64,000 bases of DNA from assembly GCF_006345805.1 (NCBI RefSeq), contig NC_043015.1, positions 41,292,001 to 41,356,000 of the forward strand. Direction: 5' to 3'. Positions 1 through 13,553 of the stretch are shown here, one piece after another. Every line of letters begins with the position of its first letter. The stretch's first letter is position 1. The notes under the pieces were generated by a model. That model saw only the letters and a program-made list of their open reading frames with translations, made no database searches and was not told where the DNA came from. Origin of the DNA: Octopus sinensis (lineage: Eukaryota). A program made the translations under genes and the position numbers.

Positions 1-774
1 CATTTTTGATGCAGAAACAAAATATTGTTTGTTTTTATTTTATTTTTTACTTATTTTTATTTATTAAATTTATTTTCTCTCTTTCATTTAAATATTTTAT
101 CTCCATCACAAACTCCCACAAGTGTTTAGGCATCATTTTAATTAACGACCCACAAGACTGACTCATTCACATTTTCACTTTATTATCATCTAATTCTAGA
201 TTTGGTTCCATTGTTCAGCACCTTTGTCCCATATCTTCTACTGAGAATGACCGATGCTTTTTTCTGAAAATCGGTCAATAGAACCAGTAGAGTTGTTTGA
301 GCATTAACTGTAATACCTTGCAAAATCTGTTTTGCCCTTGTTCTCTCTGAGTTCAAATCCCACCTCCTGCCACTGGAAGTTCCTCAGCAAGAGCTCAAGG
401 ACTTGAGCTGGTTGTTATCAATGCCATTGCGTACTAGCTTGCCGGGGATAATGCCAAAGGATTTTGGAAGTTCCTCAGCAACTAACGAATGTGTTCTGTA
501 AGTGCATTCATCATCATCATCATTTACCATCCCTCATTCATGCTGGTATGGGTTGGATTCTTTCTGGTGAGCCAGAGGACTGTGCCAAGTTCTAGTGTCT
601 TCTTTGGCATGGTATCTATTGCTCGATGCCCTTCCTAGCACCGGCCACTTTACAGGGTGTACTCGGTGCTTTGTATATTGCACTAGTGAGTCCCCAAGTA
701 ACTTACAAGGCAATGGTGTGGGACAAGGATTTGTATGAAGGGAAGTGGCTTGCATGTGTGTGTATATTGGTAGT

Positions 775-990
775 GGACCACTGTCCGAAGTCAGGTCGCC
801 ATGATAGATCGTTAGCTCCTACACGCATTTTTTTCTCTCATTTTTTTCTGTGTATCTTTCTGTTGAAGAGCGTAGGCTCGAAACATAAAAGACTTTTTCT
901 ATTCCTGAACGCTATACTAATACATTTGTTTGTTTGTACTCCACCTGCCTTCGTCTTTTGTTTATTTTCGTAAACTTTCCCGTTATATAT
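775..990 (+). mobile_element. short Penelope-pLTR-like element with degenerate minimal hammerhead motif
   Basis: 856-891 reads CTTT-CTGTTGA-A-GAGC(GTAG)GCTC-GAAAC-ATA-AAAG; followed by (TA)n. Confidence 0.5.
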
Positions 991-1019
991 ATATACACAT
1001 ATATACATTGGTACAATGG

Positions 1020-1370
1020 AGTAGAATTGGTATAGTGCTGAACAGGAGGAATTTCAATGGTGTTTCGTGGTCTGCCACCACAACAGCTCCTTTATAGGAT
1101 CCAGTTAGCTCAAGACATCATCAGGAGGAACCACGTCCGGTTTCGGCCCCTACTCCTCTACCGATTTGACGCGGCGGGGGGGCCCTACTTTCGTAGGTGT
1201 CTTCAGCTCTGGTGTTGAGTGCAGGCTTTCTTTCTTCTTCTTCTCTCTTCTGTTCCATAGCCTCTTTGATGTGGATAATAATTCGCAGCATTTTGTTTCA
1301 TGCCATTTTACACCAGTGGTTGGGTCCCTTTATACCCAGGTTGATTTTGCCATTCGATCCCTATAAAGAC
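1020..1370 (-). mobile_element. degenerate Penelope-like element 3' end (GIY-YIG C-terminus remnant plus hammerhead-like cores)
   Basis: frameshifted minus-strand KWHETK..IKEAM..KPALNT; then CTGAAGA (1206-1200), GAAAC (1144-1140), CTGATGA (1124-1118). Confidence 0.4.
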
Positions 1371-2713
1371 AATAACAGCGAATTTCCAGAAAAAGGAAAA
1401 AAGACAACACAAATGCCACTACCACCATGACCACCACCACTTCAACCAATACCACAAAGACACAAAGACACCTTCCTCATCATCATAAAAGATAAATTGC
1501 AAACTAAACTAACAGCTTGAAATTATGATGTTGATGTTGTTGTCAATGTCGTAGTCAAACTGCATGAATGCCACAGCTTTTTTTTTCTTTTTTTTTTCTC
1601 TGCTATTCCCACCAAAGAACGTGCTAGAGCAATCTTAATTAGTCTTATGTGTACTTATTGCTAATTACACAAATCAAACTGGCATCGTATTGTAATAAGG
1701 ATTTCATCTTTAATTCTTGATGCTTATTAACGATAGTCATCTTCTTCGTTATCGTCATTGCTTTAATCATCTTACTAACAAAAGTATTACTGACATCATT
1801 CTGTGTTGTTGTTGTCGTTGTCGTCATGGTTATCATTGTAATTATCTCGTTAACAAAAATATCAATCATCATCTTTGTAATCATTGTTGTCTTTGCTTTA
1901 ATCATCATCATCGTCATCGTTTTCACTTCCACTTTTCCATGCTTGCATGGGTTGGTTGGAATTTGTTGAGGTAGATTTTTCCGTGGTTGGACGCTCTTCC
2001 TGTTGCCAACCTACGTGTGTGTCTCCAACCAAGTTAATATTTTCCCATGGCCAGACATGGTTTCTCATAGAAGAATGGAAACAAACAACCTCACTTGTAT
2101 GACAGTGATGCTCATTTACAACCATCAAGTGATGTCAAAACAAGGACACACAGACACATAGAGGCTTCCACACAGTTTCCATCTACCAAATCCACTCACA
2201 AGGCTTTGGTCAGCCCAGGGGCTATTGTAAAAGACACTTGCTCAAAATAGCCAAATTGTAAGACTGACATGGTTACCATCCTTATCATCTTTTGTTGTCC
2301 ACTTCTGCCTCCTCCTCCATATTATTAAACACTAAACAAATTAAGATCTTCAGCACAAACAGATCAATTTACTATTATTGTTAAATTAGCCAACCCCAGG
2401 ACATGACTGGTATTCATTTTCTCAATCAATGATGAAAGGTGATGTTGACCCTGGCGTGGTTTGAACTCCGAATGTAGAAACGCACAACTAAATACTGTAT
2501 GGGGTTTAATCCAATGCTTTTCTGATTCTATTAATCAACTTTCTCGTCAACTAACCCCTTGTCTGAAATTGCTGGCCTTGTGCCAAAATTTGAAACTGTT
2601 GTTGTTATCAATTCTGACATTAATTAGCACAAGGCATTAGATTGAACAAGATTTCTCTTTTTAAAAGTGTACAATAATAATAATAATAATAATTTTCCGT
2701 GTCTTTCTTATAG

Positions 2714-2791
2714 GCTTACGAAACGGAACATTCTTACAGGGCGCACATCGATGAAACCAATGCCAAACACAAGGAATTGGACAAAATAAAG
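2714..2791 (+). CDS. exon: [26 protein letters not shown] (F-BAR C-terminal helix)
   Basis: ctttcttatag acceptor, AG|gtttgt donor, 78 nt, phase 0/0. Confidence 0.75.
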
Positions 2792-4137
2792 GTTTGTAAT
2801 ATTGGTTTCGAATTTTAGCACAAGGCTGGCAAGTTTGCAGGAGCAGATAACTCAGTTAGTTCGACTCCTGGTGTTAAATAAACAGCTGGTACTTATTTTA
2901 TTGGGACCATGGAAGGATGAAAGGCAGGGTTAATCCTGACAGCATTTGAGCTCAGAATATAAAGATCGGCTAATCTGCCGCTAAGCATCCTGCCTGGAAT
3001 TCTAACAACTCTGCTAGCTTGCTGCCCATATGAGTCGTGATCCCTCTCTCCCTCTTTCGGAGAGGCACAAGCACCTACACACACACACACATATACACAC
3101 ACGGCAGTAACTTCCGCCTACCGAATTCAATCACAAAGCTCCGGTCGGCTCAGGGCTATAGTGAAGACACCTACCCAAAGTGCCACGCAGTGGGACTGAA
3201 CCCGAAACCATGTAGCTAGGAAGCAAGCTCCCTAACCACACAGCCATGCCCTGTGATAAAACCCCTAACACATGCACACACACACACCATGTCAACAGAG
3301 GGAGTTGTCAGGGATTACTGAATGGTTTCACACTTTGCTCATCTCTGTTCTGTCACACACCAAAGCAAGAGGAAGTTTTAGCTGAGGTCTGCAATCCTTT
3401 CGACTTTATCACCCTCTCTTTCTTTATCACTTTAGATCTCTCTCTCCCTCTATATGTGTGTGTGTGTGGAGGTGCAATGGCCCAGTGGTTAGGGCAGCAG
3501 ACTCGCGGTCGTAGGATCGTGGTTTTGATTCCCAGACCGTGCGTTGTGAGTGTTTATTGAGTGAAAACACCTAAAACTCCACAAGGCTCTGGCAGGGGGG
3601 CTGGTGGCAATCCCTGCTGTACTCTTTCACCACAACTTTCTTTCTCTCTTTCTTCTGTTGGCCTGCTCGCTTAGCCAGCGGGGTGGCATCATTTGAAGGC
3701 TAAAACAATGCGAAGTGCATTGTGACCAGCGATGTGTAGCAACATCTGATAGCCTGGTTGGTCATGGTGATATATATATGTGGTGTGTTATGAGATTTTA
3801 TGGAAAGGTATCCCATAGAGCTCAACAAATTTGTTAAAAATGGAGAAGAAAGGATGTTAAAATTTGAAAGAATTTTAAAATTCATTAAAATTCTTTCAAA
3901 TTTTAACACCTCTTCTCCATTTTTAACATGTTAGAGTTTTTATGGGATACCTTTCCATAAAATTCTCATAGCACACCATATATACAAGAAATATTTTCAT
4001 ATTCGCAAAAACTTACACCAGTAAGCTACCAGCAAATTATGAAGAACCTTTGTTAGAAATTGCCTTTTTGGAACCCTCCAAATAAAGGATGAAATATCCA
4101 ACCTTTTCACACACACACATATATATATATACATATG

Positions 4138-4183
<46 letters not shown>

Positions 4184-5053
4184 GTGTGGTGTGTGTGTGT
4201 GTATGTATATATATATGTGGTGTGTATGTATATATATATGTGTGTGTGTGTGTGTATGTATATATATATGTGTGTGTGGTGTATGTATATATATATGTGG
4301 TGTGTGTGTATGTATATATATATGTGTGTGTGTGTGATGTATATATATATGTGTGTGTGTGTGTATGTATATATATATGTGTGTGTGTGTGTATGTATAT
4401 ATATATGTGTGTGTGTGTGTATGTATATATATATATGTGTGTGGTGTGTATGTATATATATATGTGTGTGTGTGGTATGTATATATATATGGTGTGTGTG
4501 TGTATGTATATATATATATGTGTGTGGTGTGTATGTATATATATATATGTGTGTGTGTGTGTATGTTATATATATATATGTGTGTGTGTGTGTATGTATA
4601 TATATATGTGTGTGTGTGTGGTATGTATATATATATGTGTGTGGTGTGTATGTATATATATGTGTGGTGTGTGTGTATGTATATATATATGTGGTGTGTG
4701 TTGTATGTATATATATATGTGTGTGTGTGTGTATGTATATATATATATGTGTGTGTGTGTGGTATGTATATATATATATGTGTTGTGTGTGTATGTATAT
4801 ATATATATGTGTGTGTGTGTAGTATATATATATATATGTGTGTGTGTGTGATGTATATATATATATATGTGGTGTGTGTATGTATATATATATATGTGGT
4901 GTGTGTATGTATATATAATATATATGTGTGTGTGTATGTATATATATATAATGTGTGTGTGTATGTATGTATATATATATATGTGTGTGTTGTGTATGTA
5001 TATATATATATGTGTGGTGTGTGTATATATATATATGGTGTGTGTGTGTGTAT

Positions 5054-5084
<31 letters not shown>

Positions 5085-8000
5085 ATATATATGTGTGGTG
5101 TGTGTGTGTATGTATTATATATGTGTGTGTGTGTGTTGTGTATGTATATATGTGTGTGTCTATTTGTATATATGTGTGTGTGTGTCTATGTATATATATG
5201 TGTGTATATCCCTCTCTCTATTTCTATCTTCTCTTTCTCTTCCCCTCCAGTTTATCACTTCTTCCTCCCCATCTCTTTTCTCATTCACACCAGATTTCAT
5301 TTCATTTCATTCCATTTCATTTTCTTCTCTTTCCAGGGGCATCTTCTATCAAAAGTCTATGAACAGATTTTACTTTGTGATGAAACAATAAAAAATGTGA
5401 GTACTGCCATATTGTTGCTTTTCTTCTTCCATCCTGTACTCTAATCCAATTGAATGAGGATCATCATCATCATCATCATCATCGTTTAACGTCCGTTCTC
5501 CATGCTGGCATGGATTGGACGGTTCGACCGGGGATCTGGGAAGCCAGAAGGCTGCACCAGGCTCCGGTCTTATCTGGCAATGTTTCTACAGCTGGATGCC
5601 CTTCCTAATGCCAACCACTCCGTGAGTGTAGTGGGTGCTTTTTACGTGCCACCTGCACTGGACCCAGGCGAGGCTGGCATCGGCCACGGTCGGATTGGTG
5701 CATTTTACGTGCCACCTGCACAGAAGCCAGTCGAGGCGGCACTGGCTTCGGCCACGATTCGGATGGTGCTTTTTACGTGCCACCGACACGGAAGCCAGTT
5801 GAGGCGGCGCTGGCATCAGCCACAATTCGGATAGTGCCTTTTACGTATCTCCAGTCTAGGGGTCCTGGCATCTGCCAGGTGCCAGTCATAGGATTGGTTC
5901 AATTTCGATTCCGATTTCGATAATCCAGGGGACTCTGCTAAGCTCTGTTTGCAGGATCTCTATGGCTGGATGTCCTTCTTTACCATTTTACAGAGTAACT
6001 TGCAAGACCTTTTTTTAAATCACGTTAAACATATTTCTTTAACCAGTGTAATCCTAATTCTTTAGTCTTTGTAATGATACTTGTTTAACCACTGTAACCT
6101 TATTTTGCAGGTAACTGTTGAATATTTTGATTTATTACACAATATGACCGCAAGTGTACCTCTTCAGGTAAATTTCCAGTGTTTTTTCTCTGTGTGTCTG
6201 GTGTTAAATTTTCAAGCGTGGAAACAGGGCTAAAACTGTAAAAACAGAAGTCAAGGGATTAATTTGATTGAAGGGATTATCTAGCCAATTTGGAGGCACA
6301 ATGGCCCAGTGGTTAGGGCAGCGGACTCGCGGTCGGAGGATCGCGGTTTTGATTCCCAGACCGGACGATGTGTGTTTATTGAGCGAAAACACCTAAAAGC
6401 TCCACGAGGCTCCGACAGGGAGTGGTGGCGACCCCTGTTGTACTCTTTCACCCCAACTTTCTCTCACTCTCTCTTCCTGTTTCTTGAGTAATGCTACGAT
6501 GGACTGGCGTCCCGTCCAGCTTGGGGGAACACATACGCCATAGAAACTGGGAAACTGGGCCCATGATTCCTGGCTAGGCTTGAAAAGGGCGCATAAATAT
6601 AAAATAAAAATTATCTAGCCAAATAGTATGAGATGATGAAAAGCCAAGAGAAAAAAAAACAAGGGGAAAGTCAGAATTTAAATTGGAAGGAAGATGGGTG
6701 CAGTTAAGGTGATGGATTAAAATATTGTTTAAAAAGAAGGGGACAGGAAGGTGGATGGGTGCAATGCATAAAAACAACCACAGTCATTATGATTATAATG
6801 ACAGATTAAAGTATTTTAGGGAGGAGTGAATGGGAATTGAATGTATTGTGGCAGAGACCAAGTGGCAAAGATTGAGTGGGTGGTGGGTAATAATCTTTTA
6901 CCGTAATTACATAGACCCATACAGAAATACATGCAATCCTATTCATATACTATTTCTTTACTACCCACAAGGGGCTACACACAGAGGGGACAAACAAGGA
7001 CAGACAAATGGATTAATTCGATTACATCGACCCCAGTGTGTAACTGGTACTTAATTTATCGACCCCGAAAGGATGAAAGGCAAAGTCGACCTCAGCAGAA
7101 TTTGAACTCAGAACGTAACGGCAGATGAAATACCTATTTCTTTACTACCCACAAGGGGCTAAACACAGAGGGGACAAACAAGGACAGACAAACGGATTAA
7201 GTCGATTACTTCGACCCAGTGCCTAACTGATACTTAATTTATCAACCCTGAAAGGATGAAAGGTAAAGCCGACCTCGGCGGAATTTGAACTCAGAACGTA
7301 ACGGCAGACGAAATACGGCTACGCATTTCGCCCAGCATGCTAACGAGTCTGCCAGCTCACTGCTATTCATATAGGTACAGGAATGGCTGTGTGGTAAGAA
7401 GCTTGCTTCCCAACCACATGGTTCTGGGTTCAGTCCCACTGCGTGACACCTTAGGCAAGTGTCTTCTGCTATAGCCTTATGAGTGGATTTGGTAAACCGA
7501 AAATGAAAGAAGACTGTCGTGTGTGTGTTAGTGTATGTGTGTCTTTATGTCTGTGTTTACCACCCTCACCACTTGACAGTCAGTTTTGGTGTGTTTACGT
7601 TCCCGTAACCTAGCAGTTTGACAAAAGAGATCAATAGAATAAGTACCAGACACTTTTAAAAAAAGGTTTTGGGGTCGATTTGTTTGACTAAAACCCTTCA
7701 AGGTGGCACCCCTGCATGGCCACAATCAAAATGACTGAAAGAAGTATACAATAAAGTGATGTCCATTTTCTTATATCACTGCCATCCTAAACCCACATCC
7801 TTGTCTCTCCAACAGTTCAAAAGACTCTCAGAAAGCAGTAAGCAATACACACCAGCCAGTAAATATGCAGAATATGTGCGTAGATTGCCAAGCAACGGTG
7901 CCCACCAAATAGAAGAAGAGGTGTTCAAACCTTACATCCCTACTACAAAGTGAGTACATCTGCGTTGTTTCTTTATTATATTAGCCCCAATCTGGCCCCC

Positions 8001-11000
8001 ATATATGCTACTTGTTTTATATTCTGACCAGTCAGATCCAGCCTATCACACCCATCCTTCAATGTCATTCTAGAAATATGCAGTCGCATCACCAAGATTT
8101 CAAAGCCATGAGATACTATGAGAGAAACTCTGGTCTCAGCACTGGGGGTGGCAGGGATTTATCTCCCCACTAGCAATATAAACAAGCATGTATTTTGCAC
8201 CAAAAGCCAATATGAGAGTTTCTCTCGTGATATCTACTGCAGTATAGCCTGTTCTAACAGAACGTCTGCGTTTAAGTGGGAATAAATATTACCATACTGT
8301 AAAGTAGTCAGCTGTAGGAAAGGCATCCAGCTGTACATTTCTGTACCTTTCTAGTGTTTTATGTACCTGCACATCTGCTGCACACAAAGACTACTTTCTG
8401 TGATTCTGCTGCACCTCTTATATGTCCATAGCTTGCACTAGGTACATTCTATGGAGTTTCTACCAAAACCTTTTCTACATATCAAGAAGGGCCCGTCTCC
8501 CTGTAGTTATCAGTGATTTGTTTTTCTTTTCCTACTTACTAGGACTTTGGTCTTCGCTAAATTAACTCTAAGGACCTTTGATTCCAGACCTTGCTTCCAC
8601 ACCTGAAATTTCTGCCTTAGTTCTGGCAGTGATTCAGCAATATGAACAAGGTCATCGGTACAGAGGAGCTCCCAAGGGCAGCCAGTCTTAAATTCTTCTG
8701 GTGTGTCCTGAAGGACTATGTTAAACATGAGGGTCTGGGAAAATATATTTTATGGTTTATTATTGTTGTTCCGTGCCTGTGGCACATAAAAGGCACCATT
8801 CGAGTGTGATCATTACCAGCATCACCTTACCGGCACTTGTGTCCATGCTAGTAGGGTGCCAAGAGCACCATCCGAGCGTGATCATTGCCAGAGCGGCTAT
8901 CTGGCTGGTGGCACATAAAAGGCACTATTTGAGCGTGATTGTTACCAGCGTCACCTTACTGGCACCTGTGCCGGTGGCATGTGTAAAAAGATTCGAGCGA
9001 GGTCGTTGCCAGTACCGCCTGACTGGCCTCCGTGCCGGTGGCACATAAAAAGCACCCACTACACTCTCGGAGTGGTTGGCGTTAGGAAGGGCATCCAGCT
9101 GTAGAAACTCTGCCAGATCAAGATTGGAACCTGGTGCAGCCATCTGGTTCGCCAGCCCTCAGACAAACCGCCAAACCCATGCTAGCATGGAAAGTGGACA
9201 TTAAACAATGATGATGATTATTGTTGTTTGTATTTTGAATTATATATACATGGGGGCACCAAAATATTTTAAGTTCTTAGAGCCTTTATGGATCTAAGCC
9301 TAGATTCAAAGATAGGGGTTCATTTCATATTATGTCTGCTACTGTGAATTCAATGACAAATCAACCATCAAATCAATCAAGATTTATTATAACCAAAACA
9401 AAAGTGGTTCATGTTTATATATTGCGTTAATAGTTGAGTATTTAGGTTAGAATCTTTGCTATGAACTTTTCATTCTCCATATGTCTTTTTTTTTCTTTTT
9501 TCTTTTCGCATTTAGACCTGATGATAAGAAGCCCTATGTGACCAACAGCCCATCCTATTCATCAGAAGCACCATCACAGGAAGGGTCACCATCGTGTTAT
9601 GATATTACTGATGGAACTCATGGCAATAGTGGTATGTCGTTATCATCATCATGTTTATTATTATATTATTATTATTATTATTATTATCATTATTATTATT
9701 ATTATTATTATACTAATGTGAGGTGCTGAGCTGGCAGAATCGTTAGCACATCAGCTAAAATGCTTGACAGCATTTTGTCCATCTTTACATTCTGAGTTCA
9801 AATTCCACCAAGGTCGACTTTGCCTTTCATCTTTTGGGGTTGGTTAAATATGTACCAGGTGAACACTGGGGATGATGTGATTGACTCTCCCCTCCCCCAA
9901 AATTGCTGGCCTTGTGCTAAAATTTGGAACAATCATGATATTGGGTTGGTGCATAAGGAGTCTCACTCACATGGGACTCCTTATACAGAGTCTGACCACC
10001 TCCTGAGAACCTACACCTGAGGACCATCATGGCATCCGATGTACCTTTTCAAACCAGACAATATTTTGAAAAGACACCCACATAGATTGCATATCCAATT
10101 TGGACCACCAAGAGTTTGCAGTTAAGTTGCGATCTTTGTGGATCTTAAAATGTCTTTTGAGGCTTCCGTTGGATTTGCAAACCTTCTGGCATACATTGCA
10201 TTGAAAGGTGTGTACAGACATATAGGCAGAATTGTTGGTGGAGGTTCGTTTTCCTTGGGTTCGCAAATGAAATTTGAGCCCAGCAAAAGAAAGGCATGGT
10301 CTGTCACATGCAAAAAGGTCCTTGTAATTCACATTCTCAATTGTAACATTAAAACCCATATATGCCCATAAAAAAATGAACTCTTAAAATTTCACCATAT
10401 TTAGATTAAACGTTATGGTAATCCTTCACAATCTGGGAGAGAAGGACAGTTTGGAACTGTTAGCTATGGGTGTCGGCTACCTACTGGACATTTCGTATGG
10501 TCAGTCAGATGCTTCCTGGTGAGTTTGTGTTCAAACAAGTAGGGGCAGGTTTTGTGTTGTGAAAACGCAACCAGGGTTATATATGGGTCAACTGGCACTC
10601 TGTTGGCAATGATGATGAGGGTCCCAGTTGATTCTGATTAACGGAACAGCCTGCTCAGGCAATTAACATCCAAGTGGTTGAGTACTCCACAGACACATGC
10701 ACCCTTAATGTAGTTCTGAGGGAGATGCAGCGTGACACAGAATGTGACAAAGGTGGCCCTTCGAAATACAGGTACAACTCCCTTTTGCCAGCTGAGTGGA
10801 CTGGAGCAGTGTTAAATAGAGTGTCTTGCTCAAGGACACAGTGCACCAACAGGAATTGAACTCGTGACCCTACAATCATGAGCCAAGTGCTCCTAACCTC
10901 TAAGCCACTTGCTCACACACACACACTGTTACTGTTTCACCTCATCAGCCTTTTTTCCTTCATTGATTATCTCAACTCATTTTTCTCTCTTTGTTTCCCT

Positions 11001-13195
11001 CTAGGATCTCGAGGGTCCAATATAAAGGAATGGTCTTCAGGAGATCTTGCCAGTGACTCGGATAGTACTCCTTCTGCGGAATCTTCCCCTCCTGTCAGTC
11101 CTCGAGGTCCCATCGCATTGCAGACTTCCAGCGTCAATTCCCTGGAAGACTTGGTTCATGGAGATGGGGAAGATTCAGAATATAGTAAGTATTTTTATTT
11201 TGTTCAATTGTAACTTAAGAAATTATTCCTCATCATTTAATATCCATGTTCCATTGCCAGCATCAGTTGGTTATTTATTTATTTATCATATCCGAATCGT
11301 GGCCGATGCCAGCGCCGCCTCGACTGGCTTCCGTGTCGGTGGCACGTAAAAAGCACCATCCGAATCGTGGCCGAAGCCAGTGCTGCCTCGACTGGCTTCC
11401 GTGCAGGTGGCACGTAAAATGCACCAATCCGACCGTGGCCGATGCCAGCCTCGCCTGGCACCAGTGCAGGTGGCACGTAAAAAGCACCCACTACACTCAT
11501 GGAGTGGTTGGCGTTAGGAAGGGCATCCAGCTATAGAAACATTGTCAGATAAGACCGGAGCCTGGTGCAGCCTTCTGGCTTCCCAGATCCCCGGTCGAAC
11601 CGTCCAACCCATGCTAGCATGGAAAACGGACGTTAAACGATGATGATGATGATGATGGGATGCTGGATAAGAAGAATTTTTACTGCACCAGGCAAAAAAA
11701 AAAACTAAGCACCTTTTCTTCTGGTTCTTTATGTACCAAATTCAAATTCCGCCAAATTCAACTTGGCCTTTCATTCTTTCTGGGTTCACAAAATAAAGTA
11801 TCCCCTGGCCGTTGCCAGCCTCGCCTGGCCCCCGTGCCGGTGGCACATAAAAAGCACCATCCGACCGTGGCCGTTTGCCAGCCCCGTCTGGCACCTGTGT
11901 TGGTGGCACGTAAAAAGCACCCACTACACTCACGGAGTGGTTGGTGTTAGGAAGGGCATCCAGCCGTAGAAACATTGCCAGATCTGACTGGAGCCTGGTG
12001 CAGCCTTCTGGCTTCCCAGACCCCAGTTGAACCGTCCAACCCATGCTAGCATGGAAAGCGGACGCTAAACGATGATGATGATGATGATCAAATATACTGG
12101 TCAATGTAATTGACTAAACTACCTTCTCACCAAATTCTAGGCTTTACGTCTATTATAGCAAAAATTATTATCACCTCCGCCTTTGTGAAGGTGGGGGTAT
12201 TGTTTTTAGCCATGTTTGTTTGCCTGTGGACAAGATATTTTAAGAACCGCCAGATGGATTCAGATGAAACTTCCAGGGATGGATGGCCTCGTGACTGGCA
12301 CAAACTGAATAGATTTTGCGATTGATCTGCTACTGGCAGAACCATTAGCATGCTGGACGAAATGCTTAGCAGTATTTCATCTGCCGCTACATTCTGAGTT
12401 CAAATTCTCTCAAGGTTAACTTTGCGTTTCATCCTTTTGGGGTCAATAAAATAAGTACCAGTTGAACACTGGGGTTGATGTAATCAACTCTTCTCCTCTC
12501 CCAAAACTGCTGCCCTTGTGGCAAAATTCTAAACCATTCCTCTTTGGCCAAGCCCTTATCAACTTTTTCAAGTTACACTTGAAAAGGAAAGTGAAAGTAG
12601 AGAGGAAAGTGCTGCCTCCCAACAATGTTGTTAAAATGTGGGCGGATGTTGCAGGAATGGTCTGAGTGAACTATTCTAAGCACGCAACTCTGGATCAAGG
12701 ATTGATGAAGAGGAGAGAACACTTGCCCTAGAAGTCAGGGCAATTGTGGTTTTTGTGGGGTTTCCACAAACACCCCTTGTAAATCTTCCTTTTTTTGAGG
12801 ATAATCCCATTTTATTTGTATTGCATTGTCCTCTACCGTCTCTGATGTTTTTATGCGAACCCTAAGTGCTTAATAAAGAAAAGGTTATCAAGTTAAAAGA
12901 AATAATTGTCGTTATTTTTATTGTTATTACTATTAATTAAAAGAAATTGTTGCAGATGTTATTATTGTTAAGGCAGCGAGCTGGCAGAATCATTAGCATG
13001 CTGGACGAAATGTCTAGCAGCATTTTGGCCGTCACTACATTCTGAGTTCAAATTCTGCCAAGGTTAGCTTTGCCTTTCATCCTTTCGGGGTCAATAAAAT
13101 AAGTACCGGTTGAACACTGGGGTCAGTGTAATCAACTCCTCTCTTCCCCCCAAACTGCTGCCCTTGTGACAAAACTTTAAACCATTATTATTATG

Positions 13196-13226
<31 letters not shown>

Positions 13227-13237
13227 TATTATTATCT

Positions 13238-13289
<52 letters not shown>

Positions 13290-13516
13290 TATTATTATAT
13301 TATGATTATTATATTATTACTACTATTATTATTATTATTATTATGATTATTATTATATTATTATTATTATGATTATTATTATTATTATTATATTATTATT
13401 ATTATTTATTATTATTATTATATTATTATTATCTTCATTATTATAATTATTATTATTATTCTTATTATTATTATTATCTTCATTATTATTATTATGATTA
13501 TTATTACTATTATTAC

Positions 13517-13553
<37 letters not shown>

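Noticed and set aside
4089-5391. Several 80-360-aa ORFs (YI/CV-rich)
   Set aside because: Translations of a TA/TG microsatellite; only the 60-nt exon at 5337-5396 is real.
6292-6365. Genuine tRNA genes at SINE heads
   Set aside because: No complete cloverleaf or acceptor stem; each continues into a shared SINE body.
10027-10359. C2H2 zinc-finger host gene (cephalopod ZNF expansion)
   Set aside because: Frameshifted, antisense inside an intron, no TGEKP linkers; fits a LINE ORF2 C-terminal finger better.
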